Shown piece by piece: positions 1 to 9,505 of a stretch of DNA of 64,000 nucleotides. Made by a program: the position numbers and the translations under genes. The notes beneath the pieces are model-generated. The model saw nothing but the letters and a program-made list of their open reading frames with translations. It searched no databases and was not told where the DNA came from. Each line of letters starts with the position of its first letter. Within the stretch, counting starts at the first letter, position 1. The stretch is from an uncultured Chloroflexia bacterium (lineage in GTDB: Bacteria; Chloroflexota; Limnocylindria; QHBO01), in the NCBI GenBank assembly GCA_963814375.1, contig CAWFCQ010000005.1, positions 258,306 to 322,305 of the forward strand, given 5' to 3'.

Positions 1-69
1 CCGCTGAGCAAGCGTCCGGGCGGCCGATGGACCACCGCCGCGGTCGCCGCAACCACCGTCGGCGGGTAC

Positions 70-2031
70 GTGCTGCTGACGGGCGCGAGCCCGTCGGTCG
101 TGCGCGCGGCGCTCATGGCGGGCGCAATGCTGGTGGCGAAGCTCGGTGGCTCCCGGGCGCACGCGGCATCGGCGCTGGCGCTCGCGGCTCTCGTGATGCT
201 GCTCGCCGCGCCATCGGTCCTGTGGGATGTCGGCTTCCAGCTGTCGCTGCTGGCGACGGCCGGGCTGGTGTGGTTCGGCGGTGCCGTGGAGCGGCGGTTG
301 CCCGGCTGGCCGGGCTGGATCAGAGAGCCGATCGCGCTGACGCTCGCCGCCCAGCTCACGACGCTGCCGGTGATCCTGGTGAACTTCGAACGACTCTCGC
401 TGGTGGCGCCGGTGGCCAACGTTCTCGTGGTGCCCTTCGTCCCGGTGGCGATGCTCTTCAGCGCGGTTGCGGCACTGGCCGGTGTCGTGGACGGCGGGCT
501 GTCGGTGCCGATCGTCGGCCCAGCGATGACGTGGCTGGCCGGTGGTGCGGCCTGGCTCTGCCTGCGGCTGATCGTGGAGCTGGGCTCGGCGGTTGCCTCG
601 GTGCCGCTGGCGGCCGTCGACGTCCGGGTGCCGGCTCCGTTCGCGGTCGCCTGGCTGCCGATGCTGGGGCTCGTTGCCTGGGCCGTCGGCCCGTCGGACG
701 CGCCGGTCGAGACGCGACCTCCCCGACCGCCCGGTTGGCTCGCCCGGGCTGCGGGCAGGGTGATGCGGCCGGTGCCGATCGCTGCCTGTCTCGTCGCGGT
801 CCTGCTCGTCATCACGATCGCCTCGCAACCTGATGGCCGGCTGCACGTCACCGTCCTCGACATCGGCCAGGGCGACGCGATCCTGGTCGAGGCGCCGAGC
901 GGCGCGACCATGCTGGTCGACGGCGGCCCCGAGCCGGAGCTGACGCTGCGGCGGCTCGGCGCGAACCTGCCGTTCTTCGCCCGCCGCATCGACGTCATGG
1001 TCGCGAGCCACCCGCACCAGGACCATGTCGCGGGGCTGGTCGAGGTGCTCGAACGCTTCGGGGTCCGGACGCTGCTCCACGCCGGCATCCCGTTCGAGAA
1101 CCAGGCCTTCGACCACCTGATGGCCGATGCGTCCGGGGAGCACGGCCTCGTCCTCGGCCTGGCCCGCGCCGGCGGAGTGATTGCGCTGGATCCGACGACG
1201 TCGGTCGAGATCCTCTACCCCACACATGCCGATGCCGCCGCACCACTGCCCGAAGGCGACATCAACAACGGATCGGTCGTGCTCCTCCTGCGCCACAGCG
1301 GGTTCACCGCCCTGCTGACCGGGGATGCGGAGTCACCCGTCGAGTCATCGCTGGTCACGCGCGGGCTGGTGCCGGCGGTTGACCTGCTGAAGGTCGGCCA
1401 TCACGGCTCGACATCTTCAACGACGCCGGCGCTCCTCGCGGCGACGCAGCCCACGATCGCGGCTATCTCGGCCGGAGAGGGCAACGAGTACGGCCATCCA
1501 GCGCCGGAAACCCTTGCCGCACTCTCGGGCGTTGCCACCTACCGCACCGATCTCCACGGCGACATCGAGGTCGTCAGCGATGGACGAACGGTCCAGGTCC
1601 GGACTGATCGCGGCTGGTCGGCACCCGTGCCGGTGCAGCGTGGCGGTGCCGCGACTAGCATCGCCCGGTGGCCATCCCCGACCGATCAACCGCACAGCAG
1701 CTGCTCGAAGAGATGCCGACCGGGATCGTCGTCCACTCCACCGGCGTCGCCCGCGTGGCCGTCGCTGCGGCCGGTCTGGTGGCGGAGGCGCAGATCCCGA
1801 TCGATGGCGCCCTGGTCGAGGCGGCGGCGCTGCTCCACGACATCGATAAGGTCGAGATCCGGCGTACCGGCGGCGAGCACGGCATCGTCGGCGCCCGGCG
1901 CCTGGAGGCGATGGGCTACGGTGAGCTCGCCATGCCGGTCGCCTCCCATCCGATCAACGCGCTCCTCGACGACGACCGCTTTCCCATCGGCTGGCCCTCG
2001 GTCCTCGTCGCCATCGCCGATCGGCACGTGA
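70..2031 (+). CDS. comEC: ComEC/Rec2 DNA internalization competence protein (5' end probably outside window; homologous part ends ~1620)
   Basis: Competence domain (SVVRAALM, DVGFQLS, AQLTTLP) followed by a metallo-beta-lactamase domain (LDIGQGDA, SHPHQDH, LTGDAE, KVGHHGS, YGHP). The last ~120 codons overlap the next gene. Confidence 0.93.
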   Translation: MLLTGASPSVVRAALMAGAMLVAKLGGSRAHAASALALAALVMLLAAPSVLWDVGFQLSLLATAGLVWFGGAVERRLPGWPGWIREPIALTLAAQLTTLPVILVNFERLSLVAPVANVLVVPFVPVAMLFSAVAALAGVVDGGLSVPIVGPAMTWLAGGAAWLCLRLIVELGSAVASVPLAAVDVRVPAPFAVAWLPMLGLVAWAVGPSDAPVETRPPRPPGWLARAAGRVMRPVPIAACLVAVLLVITIASQPDGRLHVTVLDIGQGDAILVEAPSGATMLVDGGPEPELTLRRLGANLPFFARRIDVMVASHPHQDHVAGLVEVLERFGVRTLLHAGIPFENQAFDHLMADASGEHGLVLGLARAGGVIALDPTTSVEILYPTHADAAAPLPEGDINNGSVVLLLRHSGFTALLTGDAESPVESSLVTRGLVPAVDLLKVGHHGSTSSTTPALLAATQPTIAAISAGEGNEYGHPAPETLAALSGVATYRTDLHGDIEVVSDGRTVQVRTDRGWSAPVPVQRGGAATSIARWPSPTDQPHSSCSKRCRPGSSSTPPASPAWPSLRPVWWRRRRSRSMAPWSRRRRCSTTSIRSRSGVPAASTASSAPGAWRRWATVSSPCRSPPIRSTRSSTTTAFPSAGPRSSSPSPIGT

Positions 2032-2222
2032 GCCAGGAGTTCATGACCGTCGACGAGCGCCTGGACGACATGCAGCAGCGGCATCCCGGCCACGCCGATT
2101 CGATCGAGGCGGCGCGGCGGCCCGCTCATGCCCTCGAGGAGCAGCTGGCCGAGGCCGTCGAGCTCGATGTCCCGGCACTGGTCGACCGCCTGCGCGCCGC
2201 ATGGGAGGCCGGCCATTCATGA
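1668..2222 (+). CDS. HD-domain (HDIG-like) phosphohydrolase
   Basis: HS...LLHDIDK...H...H...AD metal-binding pattern; GTG start 6 nt after TAGCAT; TGA overlaps the holA ATG (ATGA). Confidence 0.85.
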   Translation: MAIPDRSTAQQLLEEMPTGIVVHSTGVARVAVAAAGLVAEAQIPIDGALVEAAALLHDIDKVEIRRTGGEHGIVGARRLEAMGYGELAMPVASHPINALLDDDRFPIGWPSVLVAIADRHVSQEFMTVDERLDDMQQRHPGHADSIEAARRPAHALEEQLAEAVELDVPALVDRLRAAWEAGHS

Positions 2223-3253
2223 TCACCCCGCTGATCCTCCTCCACGGCGACGACGGATTCGGGCTCGACCTCGCGATGCGGGAGTTCGCAACGTCGGTCG
2301 ACGCGACCGACGTCATCGAGATCAACGCCGCCATCGCGCCCGATGGCGCCCTCGACCGTGCGACCCTCGAGACCGGCACGCTGAGCATGTTCGGCGCGCA
2401 CCTCACCGTGCTGCGCCAGCCTCTCAAGAGCGCCGGCCGCTCGACCGTGGCGGCCGACAGGCTCCTCGCGCTCGTGAACGACCTGCCCGACGGATCGGCG
2501 CTGGCGATGGTCGAGGAACGTCCGTCGCGCGACATCACCAGGCCGCCGGCGCTGCTGAAGCGACTTGCGGAGGCGGTGAAGGCGAAGGGCGGCAGCGTCG
2601 AGGAGCATCCGGCGCCGCGCCGTGGCGAGCTGCGGGGATGGATCACGTCGCATGCCGCGCGCACGGGGGTCAAGATCGAGGTGCGAGCCGCCCACCTCCT
2701 GGCAGAGCGCATCGGCGGCTCGATCTGGGAGACGGACGTCGAGCGCGGCGAGATGACCCGTATCGCCGACTCGGAGCTGACCAAGCTCGCGACCTACGCG
2801 GGTGACCGTCCGATCACCGCCGACGACGTCGAGGCGCTGACCGCCGACACGCGGCCGGCATCGGTCTTCGCCATAACGAACGCCGTCGACCGGCGTGAGC
2901 CCGCCGCCGCAGCAGAGGCGTTGAAGCGAGCGCTGGCCGAGGGACAGCCCGGCCTGCGGATCCTCGCGTCGCTGTCCGGGCGGGTGAGCGATCTCATCGT
3001 GGCGCGTGACCTGGCGGCGCGGAAGACGCCGCCGGCCGAGATCGCGAAACGGGTCGCACGTGGGAACGTGAACGTCGCCCAGCGCTTGGTCGACGCCGCG
3101 AAGCGCTACCGCGGGGAGGAGCTGGAAGCGATGCTCATCGGCCTCTTCGAGGCCGACGTGGCGATCAAGACGAACGTCATGGAGGAGCAGCCTGCGCTGG
3201 TCGCCTGGCTGGGAGAGTTCCTGCTCGCGCCGCGCGCGGGCGCTTCGGCCTAG
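2219..3253 (+). CDS. holA: DNA polymerase III delta subunit
   Basis: LLHGDD N-terminus, TLSMFG, ELTKLATY, VFAITNAV, EADVAIKT; conventional position after comEC. Confidence 0.9.
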   Translation: MITPLILLHGDDGFGLDLAMREFATSVDATDVIEINAAIAPDGALDRATLETGTLSMFGAHLTVLRQPLKSAGRSTVAADRLLALVNDLPDGSALAMVEERPSRDITRPPALLKRLAEAVKAKGGSVEEHPAPRRGELRGWITSHAARTGVKIEVRAAHLLAERIGGSIWETDVERGEMTRIADSELTKLATYAGDRPITADDVEALTADTRPASVFAITNAVDRREPAAAAEALKRALAEGQPGLRILASLSGRVSDLIVARDLAARKTPPAEIAKRVARGNVNVAQRLVDAAKRYRGEELEAMLIGLFEADVAIKTNVMEEQPALVAWLGEFLLAPRAGASA

Positions 3254-3528
3254 GCGGCGGGAGCCTGACCGGCCTGGCCGGCGGCGAGGACGCGATCGGA
3301 CTCGATCGCGAAGGTGCAGCGTGCGCCGTCGAGGCCCAGGATGCCGATCAGCTGCTGGTCGACGTAGAGCTGGCGGCACGGTACGCACAGCGCGCCGGGG
3401 ATGGCGAAGAAGAGTCGCTCATCGGCCTCGGCATCACGGAAGACGGTGTCGAACACGCTGGTCAGCAACGAGCCGCTGCAGAAGCGGCAGGTCTCGATCG
3501 GTCGCGCTCGTCGCGCCTGGGCGGTCAT
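3250..3528 (-). CDS. small YgiT/MqsA-N-type zinc-finger protein
   Basis: CRFC...IPGALCVPC (two CxxC pairs, ~92 aa); its stop codon overlaps the holA stop in CTAG. Confidence 0.65.
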   Translation of the reverse strand: MTAQARRARPIETCRFCSGSLLTSVFDTVFRDAEADERLFFAIPGALCVPCRQLYVDQQLIGILGLDGARCTFAIESDRVLAAGQAGQAPAA

Positions 3529-3619
3529 GGCGGGCAGCATCCGGCCAGGAGGCCCCCTCCTCAATGGGACCGATGGGCCATGCGCGTCCACGCACCGCAG
3601 TACTTCCGACCTGATCCCG

Positions 3620-3994
3620 CTAGACGACCCGCACGACCTGGGCGGCCTTGCCCCACAGGCGCTCGAGGCCGTAGAACTCGCGCTCCTCGGGGGCGAAGAC
3701 ATGGACGATGACGGCGCCGTAGTCGAGCAGAACCCAGCGCGCGGACTGGCGCCCCTCGGTCCCCAGCGGGCGGACGCCCTCTCGGCGCAGCTCGTCCACG
3801 ATCGCGCCGGCGAGGGCCTGCACCTGGCGGTCGCTGCGACCGGAGCAGATCACGAAGAAGTCGGCCATCGTCGTCAGCTCGGCAGTGCGGAGCAGCACGA
3901 TGTCATTGCCCTTCTTGTCCGACGCGATCTCGACGATCCGATGAGCCAGCTCCGTGGCATCGGTCGGCACCTCGACGCGGTCCGGGTCGGTCAG
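3620..3994 (-). CDS. rsfS: ribosome silencing factor RsfS
   Basis: DKKGNDI, ADFFVICSG, WVLLDYGAVIVHVF...REFYGLERLW; start probably the CTG after AGGAAG (alternative GTG ~3970). Confidence 0.93.
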   Translation of the reverse strand: MTDPDRVEVPTDATELAHRIVEIASDKKGNDIVLLRTAELTTMADFFVICSGRSDRQVQALAGAIVDELRREGVRPLGTEGRQSARWVLLDYGAVIVHVFAPEEREFYGLERLWGKAAQVVRVV

Positions 3995-4007
3995 GACGGC
4001 ACTTCCT

Positions 4008-4673
4008 TCATCCGCGGCGGTAGAGCCCGCGTTCCACGATGAGCTCCTCGATGCCGCGCGGCACAAGGTAGCGGATGGCGTGGCCCGCCGCCACCCGGCG
4101 GCGGATCTCGGTCGAGCTCACGTCGAGGGACGGTCCGGAGAGGACGTGGATGCGCCCCGCGGCGGCGCCGAAGCGCTCCTCCAGCGCCGAGCGTTCCGGC
4201 GGTGGCGTGCCCGGTCGCGGGCCGACGACCCACTCGATGCGCTCGAGCAACGCATCGGGCTCACGCCAGGTGTCGATCTCGGCCAGCGATGCCGCCGACA
4301 TGATCAGGTAGAGGTCCGCATCGGCCGCGTAGGTGCGCAGCAGCTCGTCGACCGAGTCGATGGTGTACGACGGGCCGGGGCGCTCCATCTCGATGATCGT
4401 GATCTCGAACAGGTCGTCGCCGGCGATCGCCAGGCGCGTCATGAGGAGGCGGTCCGAGGCTTTCGTCACGAGGCGCCCGCCCTTGTGCGGCGGCTGCGCG
4501 GCCGGCATGAACAGCACGCGGTCGAGGCCGATGGCGTCCGCCGCCAGCGTGGCAAGCCAGAGGTGGCCGACGTGCGGCGGGTCGAACGTGCCTCCGAGGA
4601 CACCGATGCGGCGACGGCTCGCCGACGAGCTCTCCCGCACCGTGTCGGGGCTCGCCAGCACCGCCCCGGTCAC
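4008..4673 (-). CDS. nadD: nicotinate-nucleotide adenylyltransferase
   Basis: GGTFDPPHVGH, PPHK, SYTIDS, VSSTEIR; GTGA overlap with the obgE stop. Confidence 0.95.
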   Translation of the reverse strand: MTGAVLASPDTVRESSSASRRRIGVLGGTFDPPHVGHLWLATLAADAIGLDRVLFMPAAQPPHKGGRLVTKASDRLLMTRLAIAGDDLFEITIIEMERPGPSYTIDSVDELLRTYAADADLYLIMSAASLAEIDTWREPDALLERIEWVVGPRPGTPPPERSALEERFGAAAGRIHVLSGPSLDVSSTEIRRRVAAGHAIRYLVPRGIEELIVERGLYRRG

Positions 4674-5944
4674 TCGTCGCCCCACTCGAGCTCGTTCGAG
4701 CCGATGATCACGGTGGTGCCCGGCCCCGCGCCCTGGCGCCGCAGCTCCGCGTCGATTCCGAGACGCTCGATCAGCCGCCAGAAGCGATCGCGTGACTCGT
4801 CGTTCTCGAAGTTGGTGCGCGCCGCGGCGGTCTCGATCCCCCGGCCCCGGACCCGCAGGTCGGCGCCCTCGGCCACGACCTGCCAACCCTCGGCCAGCGG
4901 GTCGTAGCGGTGGATCAGCATCTCCGCAGCGGTCGGCTCGGTCGCAGCCCGAGCGTCGGCTGCCTCGATCGCGTCGGCGAGGCGGCTGCGAAGGGAATCG
5001 AGGCCCGTGCCGTCGTGGGCGCTGACGCCGATCGCATCCGGCAGCGTCTTGCGCAGGTCGGGCCATCGGTCTTGGACCTCCGCCAGGTCGAGCTTGGTGA
5101 CGACGAGCGGCATCGGCCGCTCCATCAGCGCCGGGTCGTGGAGGCGCAGCTCCTCCGCGACAGCTTCCCACTCGGCCAGCGGCTCGCGCGCGGCGCCGTC
5201 CACGACGCCGACCATCACACGGGTGCGCTCCACGTGGCGCAGGAAGTGATGGCCCAGTCCTCGCCCCTCCGATGCGCCCTCGATCAGCCCCGGCACGTCC
5301 GCGATGACGGCCGTCCGCTCCCCTTCGTCGTCGAGGGCGATGACGCCGAGGTTCGGGGTGATCGTCGTGAACGGGTAGGCGCCCACCTCCGGCCGGGCCT
5401 CGGTGAGGGCCGCCAGCAGCGTCGACTTGCCCGCGTTCGGCGCGCCGACGAGGCCGATGTCGGCGATGAGCTTGAGCTCGAGCTCGACCCATCTCTCCTC
5501 GCCGGGCGTGCCCTTCTCGGCGTGCTTCGGCGCTCGATGGGTCGGCGTCGCGAACCGCGCGTTGCCGCGGCCACCGCGACCGCCGCGCGCGACGACGAGT
5601 CGGGCCTCCGACTCGAGCAGCTCGCCGACCCACGCGCCGTCGGGGTGACTGCGCACCACCGTCCCGGGAGGAACCCGGACGATGACGTCCGGGGCGTTGC
5701 GCCCGTGCGCCTTGCGGCCCATCCCCTTTCCGCCGGGGAGGGCGCGGACGTGGCGGCGACGCTTGAAGTCACCCAGCGTCGTCATGCCGGGCTCGACGAT
5801 GAGGATCACGTCGCCGCCGCTTCCCCCGTCTCCGCCATCGGGACCTCCGCGTGGCACATGGGCCTCTCGTCGGAAGGTGCTGGCCCCGTCGCCGCCGGCG
5901 CCGGCGACAACCATGATGCGCGCGCGATCAGCGAAGCCGGACAT
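4670..5944 (-). CDS. obgE: GTPase ObgE/CgtA
   Basis: Gly-rich Obg fold (FRREAHVPRGGPDGGDGG), GAPNAGKS, YPFTT, DVPG, TKLD, C-terminal OCT domain. Confidence 0.97.
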   Translation of the reverse strand: MSGFADRARIMVVAGAGGDGASTFRREAHVPRGGPDGGDGGSGGDVILIVEPGMTTLGDFKRRRHVRALPGGKGMGRKAHGRNAPDVIVRVPPGTVVRSHPDGAWVGELLESEARLVVARGGRGGRGNARFATPTHRAPKHAEKGTPGEERWVELELKLIADIGLVGAPNAGKSTLLAALTEARPEVGAYPFTTITPNLGVIALDDEGERTAVIADVPGLIEGASEGRGLGHHFLRHVERTRVMVGVVDGAAREPLAEWEAVAEELRLHDPALMERPMPLVVTKLDLAEVQDRWPDLRKTLPDAIGVSAHDGTGLDSLRSRLADAIEAADARAATEPTAAEMLIHRYDPLAEGWQVVAEGADLRVRGRGIETAAARTNFENDESRDRFWRLIERLGIDAELRRQGAGPGTTVIIGSNELEWGDE

Positions 5945-5997
5945 GGGGGCGCTCTATCGGCCTGAAGATGTATACGTATCCACGCCAGGAACCGGGA

Positions 5998-6789
5998 TCA
6001 GAGGTACCGCAGCGGGTTGTCGATGATCCCGTTCACGATGACCTCGAAGTGCACGTGCGGGCCAGTGCACATGCCGGTGCAGCCGACGCCGCCGATCCCC
6101 TGGCCGGCGCTCACGTACTGGCCCGGTGAGACCCAGATCGAGCCGAGGTGGTTGTAGACCGTCTGCATCCCGTTGCCGTGGTTGATGGCGATGACGTTCC
6201 CGCCGCCGTTGTTCCGCCAGCCCGCCCACGAGACGACGCCGGACTGGGCGGCGGAAACCTGCGCGCCGTATGGCGCGGCGATATCGAGCGCCAGGTGACC
6301 GGCATGGAAGTACTGGCTGATGGCACCGGCCGGCACCGGCCAGAAGAGGGAATATGGTGCCGCGACAGCCGGGCCGCGGATGGAAGACCCGCCTGAGGAG
6401 TACGTCGAACCGACGCCGCTGGTCGTCGGCGCCGCAAGCGGCGTGGCATTCGGATCGACCGGCACCGGCGTGGGGAGCGGGGTTCCTTCGCCCGGAAGCT
6501 GCGCGCGCATGCCGCGATCGAGCATCACGGACTGCTCCTCGCCGAGCGCCTCGAGGTCGTAGACATTCGTGCTGAGCTCATCGCTCGCGTTCGCGGCGCC
6601 ACGCGCCTGGCTGATGAGCGAGATGAAGCCCGGATCGGAGGTGGGACCATGCCCGTCGTGCCCGTTCGCGCTGGAAACGCCGCTGACAACAGCGGCGATG
6701 ACGATCGCGACGACAGAGAGATGCGCGACGATCCGCGGCAGGACGGCGCTCTCGGTGATACGGCGGGTCAGCCGGCGCGGGTCAGGCAA
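5998..6789 (-). CDS. M23 family peptidoglycan endopeptidase with N-terminal anchor
   Basis: HLALD, YNHL and TGPHVHFEV M23 motifs; hydrophobic N-terminus; Pro/Thr linker. Confidence 0.9.
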   Translation of the reverse strand: MPDPRRLTRRITESAVLPRIVAHLSVVAIVIAAVVSGVSSANGHDGHGPTSDPGFISLISQARGAANASDELSTNVYDLEALGEEQSVMLDRGMRAQLPGEGTPLPTPVPVDPNATPLAAPTTSGVGSTYSSGGSSIRGPAVAAPYSLFWPVPAGAISQYFHAGHLALDIAAPYGAQVSAAQSGVVSWAGWRNNGGGNVIAINHGNGMQTVYNHLGSIWVSPGQYVSAGQGIGGVGCTGMCTGPHVHFEVIVNGIIDNPLRYL

Positions 6790-6904
6790 TAGGAAGTCGT
6801 CTCCGCCTACAACGGGTCTGTAAAAGCTGCTTGCGTGAGCCCCTGTCGGTCCGATCTAGATGATCGCTCCTCTTGATGGCCGATGGCAGTCTCGCGCCCG
6901 CCGA

Positions 6905-6933
6905 ATGGTAGCAGCGGAGCATAGGTGGCACAA
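6905..6933 (-). promoter_or_regulatory. sigma70-type promoter of the M23 gene
   Basis: TTGTGC-17 nt-TACCAT with an extended TGn; implies a ~110-nt 5' UTR. Confidence 0.65.
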
Positions 6934-6996
6934 CCGGAAAGGTGCAGTCGGGCGGAGTACCAACGGATCGTGGGGAATGGTGGAGTGGTATTCGGT

Positions 6997-7945
6997 TCAG
7001 GGAGCCTGGTTGGCGACCTGGAGGGGCGCCGACCCGTTGTCGGCGAGCGCCTCGCCGTCTGTCCCCAGCGAGATCCATGCCACCGAACGCTCGGACGGCG
7101 TACGGGGAAGCGCCGCGTCGATCACGACGGACTCGCCCGGGCCCAGCGCCGGAACCTCGACGTCGAGCGGCTCCAGCACCGGCGCCGCTACGAGGTACGG
7201 GCTCTCCGTTTCATCCCAGCCGGCGAGCAGCCGCATCCTGGCTGGCCATGGTGCCTGCCCGCTGTTCGTGAGGCGCAGCCGAAGCGTGCCATCCTCGATG
7301 GGCGGCGGCCAGAACGGCGGCCCGTCCCCGGGCACGGCAGCCGGAGCCGCGCCGACCGGAGCGTCGGCCAGGCCGATGCGGGCAGCGAGCTCACGCTGCG
7401 CAAAATGTGCTGCGAGGCCGTCGAAGAGCCCCGCCGCGACGGCGTCCTGACCGGCGGGCGAGGCAAGGAGATCGTGCTCCTCGCGCAGCGTGATCGAACC
7501 GACTTCGGCCAGGACGGACGGCATGAGGAGGCCGCGCTGCGGCTTGCAGAACGCGTCGCCCTCGACCTCGCAGGTGTCGCCATCCGCCCAGGTGCGGCTG
7601 ATCGCGTAGTAGGCGACGGCCTCGGTGCCACGGTCCTCGCGGTCGTACGTCGCGAGTGGCTCGATGGCGGCCACGACACCGCCCTGGATCGCGTCGGCGA
7701 GAGATCCGCTGGCGTCGACTCCCCACGGCGTCTCGTCGTCGAAGAAGGTCTGGGTGGCGGCCAGCTCGTACACCACCCCGTCCTGCGTCAGCGAGTTGAT
7801 GTGGATGCTCACGAACGCATCGGCGCCGGCGAGGTTCGCTCGATCGATGCGCGCCTGGAGCTCGTCGCGGGTCCGGATGCGGCCGGTCTCCTCGAAGCCG
7901 GCATTCCCGTCACCGTCGACGTCGCGCCAGTCCGGACCGGTGCAG
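6997..7945 (-). CDS. N-acetylmuramoyl-L-alanine amidase (Amidase_3) with C-terminal Ig-like domain, 5'-truncated at junction
   Basis: The frame continues upstream of the annotated ORF as LQARIDRANLAGADAFVSIHINS; MPSVLAEVG catalytic Glu; C-terminal LTNSG...PGESV Ig-like motif. Confidence 0.8.
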
Positions 7946-8068
7946 GCCGTTGTGCGGGCGGCTTGCCCCGGACATCGCGAGGGATGGCGCCGTCGTAGTA
8001 CTCGCTCCTGACGGGAGCCTTCCGCTCCAAGGCCAGGTATTGCTCCGGCGTGGGGCGTGCACCGTCAC
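7946..8068 (-). pseudogene. Uma2 (DUF820) family endonuclease N-terminal fragment
   Basis: TPEQYLALERKAPVRSEYYDG.I.AMSGASRPHN, a typical Uma2 N-terminus, cut at the junction. Confidence 0.7.
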
Positions 8069-8557
8069 GGCGGCTGCTCCTGGGCGTTCTGTTCCCGTAC
8101 CCGTCGCTTGAACTCCTCGAGCACCTCCTCGGTGACGTAAAAGGTCGTCTCCTGGACGAGCCGTTCGCGCGTCGGCTCATAGTCGATCAAACCCCGATGG
8201 GACGCCTCCTCGAAGACGCCGAGCGTCGACGAAGTCAGGCCGCGTTGCTGGGCTTCCTTCTAGCCCCTCCGCTCGTCGATCAGGATCCAATCCGCCTTTA
8301 GCTCCAGGGCAAGCGCGATCACGGCTGTCTCCCCGACTCCGAGCTTGAGCGAAGGGTCGATATGGGTCGGGTCCTGGACGGTGAGCCATTCGGGCGGGCT
8401 CTTCGCCCACGTCCGCACGACTTCCGGGCTCCTGCGGTGGAAAGCTCCTCGATGACCACGGACGGTGCATACACTCGCCCGAAGATCGCCGGGAGCACAT
8501 GGGCCGTTTCGGTGAGGATGAGGTATTGAGCGGCGTCGTGTCCGAGACGACGATCAT
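8065..8557 (-). CDS. DUF3368 PIN-like protein (putative toxin), frameshifted
   Basis: MIVVSDTTPLNYLIL, LGVGETAVIALALE, ILIDERRG, TLGVFEEA, joined across indels. Confidence 0.8.
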
Positions 8558-8815
8558 TCGGGCCTCGCCCCTCGGAGCGAACCGATTTCGGCTCGTATCT
8601 CCTCGGGTCGGTCCCGGCGAGACCTTGTGCCGCTTGAGGACCCCCTCGGTCTCGATGCGGGTCAAGCCCAACGCCTCGGCAAGCTGGTGATGCGTGATCC
8701 GCTCGTCGCGGTAGAGGTCCACGAGGAACAACTCCCGAGCCCGGCCGTTCAGGTCGGCTCCGCCGACGGAAAGCTCCTGCTCGATGTCCCTGGGTAACTC
8801 GAAGGTGATGGTCAC
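8554..8815 (-). CDS. UPF0175 family protein (putative antitoxin), one indel
   Basis: LVDLYRDERITHHQLAEALGLTRIETEGVLKRHKV helix-turn-helix; GGAG RBS; ATGA overlap with DUF3368. Confidence 0.8.
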
Positions 8816-9043
8816 ATTCGTCTCCTGCTCGTCGTCGGGGCCTCCTCCCCACCCCGAGACCTCGCGATGATCGGCATACGTCAAGACCGCAGGTGGCACG
8901 GACAACCGATCGCGACCCTGGATGTCATGGGAGCCTCCACGGACCATCCTATCGCATCGACGGCCGACGACGAAACCCCTTCGGGCCCGGCGCCGGCCGT
9001 CCCGCGGTGGGACGACGCATCCCGAGCATCCCGGCAGGGCGAA

Positions 9044-9505
9044 TCATCGGTCCTCATGGCGTCCGATGACCTCCCGGATGGTCGCCCCCAGGACCTCGTA
9101 AGTGACCGGCTTGGTCAGGTGCGTGGCGAAGCCCGACGCGCGGCTCTGGGCGATATCCTGCTCCTGACCGTATCCGCTGAAGCTGATGCCGGGCAGCGTC
9201 GAGCCCCGATGGCGGAGGGTGCGCATCAGGTCCAATCCGCTGCCGTCGGGCAGGCCGAGGTCGCTGATGAGCAGGTCGAACTCCTGCTCGATGGCGGCCT
9301 TCAGGCGCACGTTGAGCCCCTCCGACTCCTCCGCGACCTCCTGCTGCCGGATCGCGGAGAGCAGGAGCGATTCGTTCATCGCCACCGCCCGCCTCCGGAA
9401 GACGGCGGTCTCCGTCACGTCCGTCACCTGGATCGTGAGTCCGGCCGCCCTCCCGGCCGCCCCGACGACCGCCCCCGCCGCATAGGACCAGTAGACTCCC
9501 GGATC
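9044..9505 (-). pseudogene. remnant of hybrid sensor kinase (PAS-linker fragment joined to half a receiver domain)
   Basis: FDLLISDLGLPDGSGLDLM...SGYG...HLTKPV receiver C-half; no HisKA/HATPase domain; interrupted by IS4. Confidence 0.65.

Noticed and set aside
4008-5633. 541-aa extended NadD
   Set aside because: The N-terminal part is an off-frame shadow of obgE. The real start is the GTG at 4673.
8893-8912. TGGCACG as a possible sigma54 promoter
   Set aside because: It lacks the -12 TTGC element at the required spacing.
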